Assembly: GCA_041288045.1 (NCBI GenBank)
Contig: JBGGMM010000182.1
Coordinates: 1-16,426, forward strand
Reading direction: 5' to 3'
DNA length: 16,426 nt
Source of the DNA: Pseudobdellovibrionaceae bacterium
GTDB lineage: Bacteria > Bdellovibrionota > Bdellovibrionia > Bdellovibrionales > Bdellovibrionaceae
Made by a program: the position numbers and the translations under genes. Below the pieces are notes generated by a model. The model was given only the letters and a program-made list of their open reading frames with translations. It had not been told where the DNA came from and did not search any database. Below, piece by piece: positions 9,117-16,426 of the stretch (positions are counted from its first letter, which is position 1; each line of letters begins with the position of its first letter).

Positions 9117-9146
9117 TTGTCGACTTTTATAAAATAGTGATAATGT
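9117..9146 (+). promoter_or_regulatory. Probable sigma70 promoter of gmhA (divergent from tRNA-Arg)
   Basis: TTGTCG-N18-TAATGT with TG extension (TGA-TAATGT). The short leader contains the AGGGAG SD. Confidence 0.45.
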
Positions 9147-9168
9147 CAGAAGCCTTAAGGGAGTTCCT

Positions 9169-9756
9169 ATGCAAGTGAAAGACGTCTGGCTCAGTTCCTT
9201 CCAAGAAGCGCAAAAAACCGTGACCGAGTTCTGGCAAAACCCAGGGCAGATCGAAAAATGCCAACAATTCTCACAAATCCTGATCGAGACCTTTAAAAAA
9301 GGCAGCACGGTCTTTTCATGCGGCAATGGCGGCAGCCACTGCGACGCTATGCATTTTGCCGAAGAGATGACAGGTCGCTACCGCAAAGACCGCAGACCCT
9401 TGGGAGCCCTCGCCCTGGGCGATGCCTCACACGTCACCTGCGTGTCCAACGATTACGGCTTTCAACACATCTTCTCACGCCAAGTAGAGGGCCTAGGCCG
9501 CACTGGCGATGCTCTGATCGGCCTCTCAACCAGCGGCAATTCTGAAAATGTGATTCAAGCCGTGCTCGCCGCCAAGAAAAAGGGAATGAAAACTATCGCC
9601 CTTCTCGGCCGCGACGGAGGCAAGCTCAAGGACATGGTCGATCTCGCCATCGTCATCCCCGCCACGACCTCAGATCGCATTCAAGAGATGCACATCAAGC
9701 TGATTCACACAGTCATTGAAAGCGTCGAGCGCGCTCTGTTTCCTGAGAATTATTGA
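9169..9756 (+). CDS. gmhA: D-sedoheptulose-7-phosphate isomerase (phosphoheptose isomerase)
   Basis: CGNGGSHCDAMHFAEE, SNDYGF, STSGNSEN and DRIQEMHI motifs of the GmhA SIS family, AGGGAG SD. Confidence 0.97.
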   Translation: MQVKDVWLSSFQEAQKTVTEFWQNPGQIEKCQQFSQILIETFKKGSTVFSCGNGGSHCDAMHFAEEMTGRYRKDRRPLGALALGDASHVTCVSNDYGFQHIFSRQVEGLGRTGDALIGLSTSGNSENVIQAVLAAKKKGMKTIALLGRDGGKLKDMVDLAIVIPATTSDRIQEMHIKLIHTVIESVERALFPENY

Positions 9757-9822
9757 TTTGATCCCAAGCTTATGGCAATTTGCCAGAGTTCAGCAGAGCG
9801 AAAATACCCGTCTACAAAATTC

Positions 9823-9915
9823 GGAGAGGTGGGTGAGTGGCTGAAACCAAGCGTTTGCTAAACGCTCGTACACTCAAAAGGTGTACCGCGGGTTCAAATC
9901 CCGCCCTCTCCGCCA
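9823..9915 (+). tRNA. tRNA-Ser(GCT)
   Basis: 93 nt. GGAGAGG/CCTCTCC acceptor with G73 and CCA, anticodon arm AGCGT-TTGCTAA-ACGCT, long variable arm GTACAC/GTGTAC, T arm GCGGG-TTCAAAT-CCCGC. Confidence 0.97.
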
Positions 9916-10112
9916 TTTTTTGGGTACCAGCTCCTCTTTCCGAACGCAAAGCGCAGTTTCAATTTTGGTGCAGCGATTGGTTTTTCGCAATCATGGTTAC
10001 AAGTGACACTGATTCATGTTCGCTAAATCGGTCTTAAAAACCGTCGAACTTCTTTCCACCTCCGAAAAATTTTTCCGACCTTTCAAGCTAGATGGGGCCT
10101 TTGTCCTTTCCA

Positions 10113-10121
10113 TGATACTTT
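10113..10121 (+). promoter_or_regulatory. Extended -10 promoter (TGA-TACTTT) 6 nt before the protease ATG
   Basis: TGATACTTT-GTCCGA-ATG(10128) with no SD upstream. Confidence 0.5.
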
Positions 10122-10127
10122 GTCCGA

Positions 10128-10853
10128 ATGAAGCTCAGACTAAACTTCATTCTCTTCACCCTCGCTGTCTTGACCGGACTCACAGGACACGCAATCAGCA
10201 ACGGCATCCCACTCTCGAAAAATGAATACCCCGCTGTGGTTCTTATCGAGGACCTCGGCCAGAAAAGTATTGGCACCGGTGTCGTCATTGGCAATGGAAC
10301 TATCCTCACTGCCGAGCATTGCGTGTTTTCCAAAGATCCCAAAAAAATCAGAATCAATGGCCAAGCCATTGTTAGCAAGATCCTTGTCGATTCCACTGCA
10401 ACGGCTGCGACCCGGTTGGATTTGGCTCTTTTAAAAGTCGACCCCAAGTCCTCCAAAACAACTTTGCCTCTCGCCCAGTTTGAACTCCCGCCCCCTCCAT
10501 TCGAAGTTGCCATCATCGGATACGGCTCAGCCTTCAAAGCAGGTCAGCCCCTTGAGCAAGATAATCGTGTCGTAAAACGAATTGGGAAAAACGAAATATC
10601 TAGTCCTGACTTTATCAGTGACCTTTACTTCAATCTTGAATTCGAGTGGGAGCCCTTTGACAAATCCAAACCCTCGGGCGCACTCCCCGGTGATTCGGGT
10701 GGGCCCATGCTCTTAGACGAAACTGTGATCGGGATTGCATCCAAAAGTACTTTTCTTTCCAATTACGTCAACCTCCTAGGTCCTCGAGCACAAGCCTTCT
10801 TCAAAAAAGCTGTCTCGACAGGTTGGAAAATCGATTTCGTTCAGAGCCAGTAG
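10128..10853 (+). CDS. Secreted S1 (trypsin-fold) serine protease
   Basis: Signal peptide ending GHA|ISNG, catalytic motifs TAEHC, DLALL and GDSGGP. Confidence 0.9.
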   Translation: MKLRLNFILFTLAVLTGLTGHAISNGIPLSKNEYPAVVLIEDLGQKSIGTGVVIGNGTILTAEHCVFSKDPKKIRINGQAIVSKILVDSTATAATRLDLALLKVDPKSSKTTLPLAQFELPPPPFEVAIIGYGSAFKAGQPLEQDNRVVKRIGKNEISSPDFISDLYFNLEFEWEPFDKSKPSGALPGDSGGPMLLDETVIGIASKSTFLSNYVNLLGPRAQAFFKKAVSTGWKIDFVQSQ

Positions 10854-11105
10854 TAACTCTTTGTCCTGGCATCTCTTTTGTAGAACTAAAGAACAGTTCG
10901 CTCAGGGGTGGCGAAATGAGACCAGCAGATTGCGCTTCAACCATCAATGCACTCATGGCCCCAAAACTGCTTAGCCACCCGTGGGAGGTCGGATCTGAAA
11001 ATTCCGGCCTCACTATAAAGAGATTGAGCATCCAGATCAGGCCAGCCCCGTCACTTATGAATAGATGTTCTGCAGACAAACGAATTCGATTGAGGAGAGG
11101 AAGTC

Positions 11106-12770
11106 ATGAAAAAGTCCCTGAATCAGAAACCTGACATAAAGATTCATCTTTTGACCATATCCGGTTTGGTGTTTCAAACCCTGAGCGCTTGGTCTGCTGA
11201 GACCAATATGTCTGACTATAAAACCTACAGTCAGAGTTACACGAAAGCTTACTTTGCGCATTTGGGAAATCAGAACCAGCAAACGGGGACTGGAAATTCC
11301 AATTCAATTGAAATTCAGAGTTTGAGAAATTCCAATCTTCAAATTCAGAGAGAAATTGAAAATCTGCAGAATCAGCTCACATCCATCGGATCTGCGACTG
11401 TCAATCTGACCTCGACAGAAAGAGACACGGTGGTTTCAAGACGTCGCCAGATTTTTTCAACCAAACAAGAAATCAGTCAGATTTTTGCTCGAATTCAGCT
11501 GTACTCTTCTTCCGAAGAAATTTCCAATCGAAGATATTTTGACCGAATGAAAAACGAAGATCGCGCCGATCAACGGGATTCAAACGATGAAAATGGCTGG
11601 AACGGATTTCAAGATCAATCTTTGAACCGCTTGGACCGTCGACTTCAAGATCTTCGCCGAGAAGAGCGCTGGGCCCTTGATCAGGCGGACCAAGCCGATC
11701 GCAGAATCTCTGATATGAGAGACTCTTCCGAGGGCCGATCCGTGGAAAACAATGCCCGCCAATCACTTCGTGAAATGGACCGACTGACAAGTGATCTGCA
11801 GAAGATCGGCTCAAGACTGGATTCACTGAAATCGGATCAGAAAAACATCCAAGCCGAAATCAAAAGCTTAGAAACCCAAGTCGCAAGTTTGGCAAGCACA
11901 CTTGCAAACTTGCAAAGTCAGAAAAGCAAAGTCCAAAATGAATTTGACAGCTTGAGAGCCGAACAAAAAGCCTTCGATCTCAAGGGAACTCTTAAGGCAC
12001 TTCAAAAAGAAATGGAACAAGCTCAAGCTGAAGCGGAAGCTTTAACAAAAGAATATGGCGAAATGATTCCGGGACCTAAATCCCGCCCCAAGGACGAAAT
12101 TAGAAAAGACATTAAAGCCAATCTTGAAAAAAGAGGTAAAATCGAACAGGCCTCTAAAGACGCCAGAAAGAAAGCGGATGCCATCGATGATGCCGTCAAC
12201 GATAAAAAATCGGAACTCAGTCGCATCGATTCAAAAGTCAGCGAATTGGCCAGTGTCAAAGATCGCCTAACCGAAACAAAATCTCGGGCTTCTCAATTAC
12301 CAAGCCTCATTCAAGAAGCCGAAAAATCTCTTATCACAATCCAAGCTCAGTTGGGTCCGGCAAAACAAAGAGCCGACAGAGATCTGGATCAAGTGCGAAG
12401 ATTTGAAGAGTTCCGCCTTCGCCCACTGCAAATGCAAGCGAGATCAGCTCGAGAAGCAGCATCACGAAAATCCGAAGTGGCCCAATCGGTCCTCAACGAT
12501 ATGCAAGAAATCCAACGCCGAGCCGATCGAATCCGTACCTATAGATCTGAAATTTCTCGGGTCTGGGATCAAGCTTTGTCTCAACAGACCAACTCTGGCT
12601 CGCAGGAAGTGTTGAATCGAATCAATCAGCTTCAATCTCAACACCAATCGAACCTCACTCGTATGAAACAATTAGAACAAAACACCGGATCCAATGGTGG
12701 AACCTATAAATCCGTTAAAGATTGGGAAAACTATCTTTTAAATGCCCTTAAGTTCCAAATCATTGAATAA
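11106..12770 (+). CDS. Secreted long coiled-coil protein of unknown function
   Basis: 554-aa ORF after GAGGAG, probable signal peptide (AWSA|E), extensive heptad pattern. No Walker A/B motifs and no Cys. Confidence 0.85.
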   Translation: MKKSLNQKPDIKIHLLTISGLVFQTLSAWSAETNMSDYKTYSQSYTKAYFAHLGNQNQQTGTGNSNSIEIQSLRNSNLQIQREIENLQNQLTSIGSATVNLTSTERDTVVSRRRQIFSTKQEISQIFARIQLYSSSEEISNRRYFDRMKNEDRADQRDSNDENGWNGFQDQSLNRLDRRLQDLRREERWALDQADQADRRISDMRDSSEGRSVENNARQSLREMDRLTSDLQKIGSRLDSLKSDQKNIQAEIKSLETQVASLASTLANLQSQKSKVQNEFDSLRAEQKAFDLKGTLKALQKEMEQAQAEAEALTKEYGEMIPGPKSRPKDEIRKDIKANLEKRGKIEQASKDARKKADAIDDAVNDKKSELSRIDSKVSELASVKDRLTETKSRASQLPSLIQEAEKSLITIQAQLGPAKQRADRDLDQVRRFEEFRLRPLQMQARSAREAASRKSEVAQSVLNDMQEIQRRADRIRTYRSEISRVWDQALSQQTNSGSQEVLNRINQLQSQHQSNLTRMKQLEQNTGSNGGTYKSVKDWENYLLNALKFQIIE

Positions 12771-12788
12771 GTTTTCTTGGAGATGACT

Positions 12789-13355
12789 ATGAAAAAAAAT
12801 ATTTTTACTTTCGCAATTTTGCTTTTGGTATTCACTTCTCAGGGCTTCGCTGACACCGAGCTGATCAGTTCCCCAGATCGATCCCTGATTTGGAGTGCTG
12901 CGATCCTGAACAATCACAATTATTTCAACAAAGAATCCTGCTCAGCTTCTGTTGAGTCTCGAACTATTCAAGGAAGTCGCAAAGCCACCCTTGAAATGCT
13001 CGCCCTCCGAGAATTAGCCACTTATCAACAGGCCACCGTCATGGTCCGAGTGGAAAAGGCATTTGGTGACAGAACTGATTTTCACAATGGGGAAATTCGT
13101 GTGGAAAACATGGGAGCCATTAAGCGCTATTCTTTGCTTCGGGCCGAAATCGGTCAGAACTCAGAAACTCAACTGGCCGCTTTACCCCAAATCGATGAGC
13201 GCAAAGCCCTGATCGCCGACCTTCAGGCTGGTCGAAGCGCCGAAGTTGTTCTCTACAAAAATGGCGCAGTCGTGGAAACCATGACATTCTCTTTGCGCGG
13301 ATCGACAGCAGCCACCAAGTCCATCATTCAGAATTGTGTTTTAAGTCTTCAGTAA
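12789..13355 (+). CDS. Secreted protein, IalB (invasion-associated locus B)-like fold
   Basis: ATG 12789 lies 6 nt after GGAG. Signal peptide ending GFA|D. The C-terminal LIADLQAGRSAEV...TFSLRGSTAA.....C plus an N-terminal Cys resembles IalB-family proteins (recognised by eye). Confidence 0.7.
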   Translation: MKKNIFTFAILLLVFTSQGFADTELISSPDRSLIWSAAILNNHNYFNKESCSASVESRTIQGSRKATLEMLALRELATYQQATVMVRVEKAFGDRTDFHNGEIRVENMGAIKRYSLLRAEIGQNSETQLAALPQIDERKALIADLQAGRSAEVVLYKNGAVVETMTFSLRGSTAATKSIIQNCVLSLQ

Positions 13356-13367
13356 CGAGTAACGACC

Positions 13368-13394
13368 TCAGGCTTCCTCCATTAGGGAGCCTGA
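13368..13394. terminator. Hairpin between convergent genes (possible terminator or 3' stabiliser)
   Basis: TCAGGCTTCC-TCCATTA-GGGAGCCTGA: a 10-bp stem with one G:U on the + strand. No U tract on either side. Confidence 0.4.
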
Positions 13395-13531
13395 TCCCAA
13401 AACTCGTCCGCATAGGCTTCATAGGTCTTTTCGCCTTCACGGTGGACGCCGGGACTTGCAGGCCTTTTGACTTCGACTGAAGACCCGGTGGTTTCGACAA
13501 CTTTGGGGTTTTTTTCCTTCTGCTTTTCCAT
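13382..13531 (-). CDS. Small hydrophilic hypothetical protein, 49 aa
   Basis: MEKQKEKNPK...YEAYADEFWDQAP*. ATG 13531 has GGAGG at 5-nt spacing and the ORF fills the gap without overlaps. Confidence 0.65.
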   Translation of the reverse strand: MEKQKEKNPKVVETTGSSVEVKRPASPGVHREGEKTYEAYADEFWDQAP

Positions 13532-13666
13532 AGCGACCTCCACTTTCTTTTTTCCTATTACCAGCAAATCAAAGACCACCTTTTTTGATGCGCTTAGATC
13601 TTGCAATCTCCATTACCAGGACTTGGTCTTTAAGACCTTGTCAAAAAGCAAACCGGAGGTTGCTCG

Positions 13667-14740
13667 GTGAGCGAAGTGAAAACCAAGCTCAAAAATTTAA
13701 GATCCTTGATGTCAGAGCAAGATGTTCCTGCTGTCGCCCTGAAAGGAATGGATTGGTTCAGTTGGGTCACAGGAGGCGGAACAAGTGTTATCGCTGAAGT
13801 CTTTATCACTCAGGATCAGGCTTACGTTTTGACGAATCCAATCGAAAAAGATCGCTTGGTGGCTGAAGAGTTAAATCAAGATTTCGAAGTCATTTCTTTT
13901 CCCTGGGAAAAATCAAGCGCCAGGCAAACTTTCGTCCACTCTCGCTTAAATGGAAGGCTCTGTTTTTCGGATCGACCGGCTGAAACAGAAAGACCACTCC
14001 CCTCTGCTTTTCAAATTTTGAAAATGACTCTGCAATCAGAAGAAGTTGCTCGCTATCGAAAAATAGGTCGAATGGCCGCAGAAGCAATGACAGAAGTCCT
14101 TTCTAAAGCTCAACCGGATTGGAGTGAACACCAGTTGGCCGGTGAAGGGGCAAAGTCACTTTGGAGTCGAGGTCTCGATCCGACGCTGGTGATGGTTGGT
14201 GGAGAATCTCGGCTTCAGAGGTACAGACATCCCATTGCCACACATGAAAAATTAGGCGGCTGTGCAATGATGGCCTTTTGTGCGCGAAGTTTTGGTTTGT
14301 TCGCCAATCTCACTCGCTTTGTTTTCTTCAGAGACCTCACTGCAAAAGAAGAAAAAAATTTTCAGCTTGTCGCGCAAATTGAAGCCTCCGTATTAAACCA
14401 CACAGTTGAAGGTCAATCCCTGGATTCTCTCTACGGAAATCTTTCGGAAGCTTATTTAAAAATCGGCCAGGCTGAAGAAATTCACAATCACGATCAAGGT
14501 GGGATCACCGGTTATCTCTCTCGAGAAATGCTGGCTTCACCTGAATCTCCCACCCACTTGAAACTGAAGACTGGGATGGCTTTGGCTTGGAATCCCAGTT
14601 TGCCCGGAGCAAAAATCGAAGACACTGTGCTTTTAGGTTCTGAAGGATTAGAAATTCTCACTGAAGATCCAAATTGGCCGTGCACTCAGATTCAAGGTCG
14701 CCTGAGACCACAGCCCTTAATCCGATCTAATATCAATTAA
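13667..14740 (+). CDS. M24 (creatinase/aminopeptidase P fold) hydrolase, atypical active site
   Basis: GTG after GGAGG. Two-domain creatinase/prolidase layout with YRHP, ANLTR, HDQGG, AWNPS and KIEDT. Confidence 0.85.
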   Translation: MSEVKTKLKNLRSLMSEQDVPAVALKGMDWFSWVTGGGTSVIAEVFITQDQAYVLTNPIEKDRLVAEELNQDFEVISFPWEKSSARQTFVHSRLNGRLCFSDRPAETERPLPSAFQILKMTLQSEEVARYRKIGRMAAEAMTEVLSKAQPDWSEHQLAGEGAKSLWSRGLDPTLVMVGGESRLQRYRHPIATHEKLGGCAMMAFCARSFGLFANLTRFVFFRDLTAKEEKNFQLVAQIEASVLNHTVEGQSLDSLYGNLSEAYLKIGQAEEIHNHDQGGITGYLSREMLASPESPTHLKLKTGMALAWNPSLPGAKIEDTVLLGSEGLEILTEDPNWPCTQIQGRLRPQPLIRSNIN

Positions 14741-15314
14741 CGTTTTTATATTTTTCAAGAACCGTTTTGCACTGAGGGCTCAATCGTCTTTCATTCAGCC
14801 TGAGGCAAACGATCTGGTCTGCTGGCTTATAAGGCGACACAAATCCGCAATAGCGTTTTGATATTTCAGAGCAGGGGGCGAGTTCATTCATCAATGCTTG
14901 CCTGCCCTGTTTAAAGTCTGCCAAAAATTTTCTGCATGTTGCAGTCAGCTTTGAGCTGTTGTTGTCGAGACACTCCACTTCTTTTGATTTTTCTTCGCGA
15001 AAACCAGGACAGTTTTTCTGCTTGTCCTCGCCACAGGCTTTCATAAAACTGGCACTCACATCATTAAAAGAAATTCCAGTTGAGGGTGATGTCACAGCAT
15101 TTCCAGTGAGGGGGATCGGCGTTGTCGTTGTGGTGGTTGATGTGGTGGTGGTGACTATCGTCGTCGAAGTTGACGATGTCGTCGGCGCTGCTTGTGGAAG
15201 TGTCGAAGTCGTGGGAGTTCCAGCAGGCTTTGGAGCCGTGGTCGTCGTCGTTGGGTTTTGAGAATAAGAAGAAAGAGACCAAAGAATCACAATCAAAGCT
15301 GTCGAGATTTTCAT
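14733..15314 (-). CDS. Secreted protein with Thr-rich stalk and two four-Cys (GLG1/Cys_rich_FGFR-like) repeats
   Basis: ATG 15314 after AAGGGGG, signal peptide, about 50-aa Thr/Pro/Ser tract. Repeats are C-x7-C-x12-C-x11-C and C-x7-C-x13-C-x11-C (CL..N...L(T/S)..C). Confidence 0.85.
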   Translation of the reverse strand: MKISTALIVILWSLSSYSQNPTTTTTAPKPAGTPTTSTLPQAAPTTSSTSTTIVTTTTSTTTTTTPIPLTGNAVTSPSTGISFNDVSASFMKACGEDKQKNCPGFREEKSKEVECLDNNSSKLTATCRKFLADFKQGRQALMNELAPCSEISKRYCGFVSPYKPADQIVCLRLNERRLSPQCKTVLEKYKNVN

Positions 15315-15362
15315 AAAAGCCCCCTTTCCAATCATACTTAAAATTTTATTTGATTCAATATT

Positions 15363-15827
15363 TTAGAACCGATAGCGAGCACCGACCCCGATATCAAAAT
15401 CTGCCGACGTTGAAGGAATCAAATCCAAGATCAAAGCAAGTTCACCAAAAAACTCGATGGAGGGGTCTCTCAACTCATGCTTGAGCCCAATGGGCGCACG
15501 TGGGCCGAGGCTGACCTTTCCTTTATGATCCCCGCGATCAATTCCAATGAGGCGAGCACCAATACCATAATAAAGATCGATCTGGGCATTTCCGGCGCCG
15601 ATCTGACCTGGGTGAATGCGAAGATAGTCTCCATGCATTTGGACTCCGGTCCTGCTTCCACTCGACCAAGAGAGAGCTCCATCAATGGCTTCATTTCTGG
15701 AAAGGTCATACTTTGCCGAGAGTCCCGTGGGGTCTCCAAGAATCGCCCCGAGCGAAAAAGGCCCATTGCCCGCTTGTGCAGACAAGCTCAGAAATACAGT
15801 GAAGATAAAGAAAAAAGCGAGTTTCAT
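15363..15827 (-). CDS. Outer-membrane beta-barrel protein (DUF3996/BAPKO_0422-like)
   Basis: AAGGAGG SD, signal peptide ending AQA|G, LGAILGDPTGLSAKY...HGDYL...YYGIG...RAPIG...GARYRF pattern with terminal Phe. Confidence 0.82.
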   Translation of the reverse strand: MKLAFFFIFTVFLSLSAQAGNGPFSLGAILGDPTGLSAKYDLSRNEAIDGALSWSSGSRTGVQMHGDYLRIHPGQIGAGNAQIDLYYGIGARLIGIDRGDHKGKVSLGPRAPIGLKHELRDPSIEFFGELALILDLIPSTSADFDIGVGARYRF

Positions 15828-15845
15828 CCTAGCCTCCTTAGCGAA

Positions 15846-16316
15846 TCAATATGGAATTTTATCCGTCTTTTGTTCCCAGGTCTCAAAGACTTTCAGCGCT
15901 GCTTCATGCATCATTTGAATCATCGGAATCTTTCTCTGTGAAGGATTCTTTGGAATCTCCTGATAAATGAAATCATCATCGAACTGAATCCGAGCTGCGT
16001 CCTTTTTGGTATTTGCGAAATAAATTTTAGAAATCCTCGCCCAGTAAATTGCCGACAAGCACATCGGGCACGGCTCACAACTGGTGAAAATTTCGCAGCC
16101 AGTGAGATCAAATGTTTGAAGCTTCTGGCAGGCCATTCGAATAGCAACAACCTCAGCGTGGGCCGTTGGGTCCATTGTATAAGTGACTTGGTTGGCGCCT
16201 TCAGCGACAATCTGTCCGTCTTTGACGATGACAGCTCCAAAAGGGCCACCGCCTTTGTCAATATTTTCACTTGAGATCGAGACCGCCCGGGCCATCCACT
16301 TTTCTTGAGGACTCAT
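15846..16316 (-). CDS. guaD: Guanine deaminase, cytidine-deaminase superfamily (Bacillus GuaD type)
   Basis: GGPFGAVI, HAE and PCPMC zinc motifs, FDD.FIY segment and C-terminal Tyr typical of GuaD rather than TadA. 156 aa. Confidence 0.88.
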   Translation of the reverse strand: MSPQEKWMARAVSISSENIDKGGGPFGAVIVKDGQIVAEGANQVTYTMDPTAHAEVVAIRMACQKLQTFDLTGCEIFTSCEPCPMCLSAIYWARISKIYFANTKKDAARIQFDDDFIYQEIPKNPSQRKIPMIQMMHEAALKVFETWEQKTDKIPY

Positions 16317-16325
16317 ATTCCTTCA

Positions 16326-16354
16326 AGATTAGTGGGAGAATCTTTGAGAAGCAA
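16326..16354 (-). promoter_or_regulatory. Possible sigma70 promoter immediately upstream of guaD
   Basis: Minus strand TTGCTT-N17-TAATCT, 9 nt before the ATG. Confidence 0.4.
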
Positions 16355-16357
16355 TCC

Positions 16358-16426
16358 TCAAATCAAATGTTCACTGAGTGCTCGCCGCTGTCTGTCCGCG
16401 AAGTTGTCGAGCTTCGCTTTCTGCTC
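16358..16426 (-). CDS. Possible 3' end (partial) of an upstream gene
   Basis: An open frame from the window edge reads EQKAKLDNFADRQRRALSEHLI*, helix-like, ending 41 nt before guaD. Confidence 0.4.
   Translation of the reverse strand, partial: EQKAKLDNFADRQRRALSEHLI

Noticed and set aside
9837..10037. 66-aa ORF starting inside tRNA-Ser, and the 108-aa ORF at 9000-9326
   Set aside because: They overlap tRNA genes or gmhA antisense and are spurious.
3089..10082. Shared 11-mer TTTCCGACCTT upstream of groES (3089-3099, minus) and of the protease (10072-10082, plus)
   Set aside because: About one such 11-mer match is expected by chance among the intergenic DNA of this window, and its position relative to the promoters differs.
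10801..11134. 92-aa and 103-aa ORFs in the gap between the protease and the coiled-coil gene
   Set aside because: They overlap flanking genes and have no convincing start or motif. The gap may be a decayed remnant, but nothing is recognisable.
11106..12770. SMC or chromosome-segregation call for the coiled-coil protein
   Set aside because: No Walker A/B or signature motif, and it has a probable signal peptide.
15115..15255. GTC/GTG/GTT trinucleotide-like repeats (possible VNTR or array)
   Set aside because: These are the antisense of mixed Thr codons, with no fixed repeat-spacer structure.
15846..16316. tRNA adenosine deaminase TadA (tempting given tRNA-Arg ACG nearby)
   Set aside because: It lacks the TadA EVPVGA and PCxMCAGA context. 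FDDxFIY and the terminal Tyr indicate GuaD.
16317..16426. Purine riboswitch or CIRCE half-site (GAGTGCT) upstream of guaD
   Set aside because: No aptamer core is visible, the space is too short and apparently coding, and there is no matching CIRCE left arm.

Overview
Bacterial chromosomal segment, probably Bdellovibrionota (Bdellovibrio/Pseudobdellovibrio-like). This is inferred from the abundance of signal-peptide proteins, two S1 proteases and the general gene style; it was not verified by a search. The housekeeping backbone is groES-groEL, gmhA, a CDA-type guanine deaminase and three tRNAs (Asn-GTT, Arg-ACG, Ser-GCT). Interleaved are mostly secreted or envelope genes: two chymotrypsin-fold proteases, three beta-barrel outer-membrane proteins (one partial), a CBM-SGNH-CBM-CBM esterase, a GNAT-TPR fusion, a 554-aa secreted coiled coil paired with an IalB-like protein, an M24-fold hydrolase lacking most metal ligands and a Thr-rich/Cys-repeat protein. 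No integrase, transposase, CRISPR array or att duplication was seen. The best observations are: (i) an uncalled 57-aa single-TM protein just upstream of tRNA-Asn; (ii) three genes with no Shine-Dalgarno-like sequence all carry an identical TGn-TAnnnT-N6-ATG layout, pointing to leaderless mRNAs next to the tRNAs; (iii) the coiled-coil/IalB-like two-gene module. All family calls come from motif recognition by eye.
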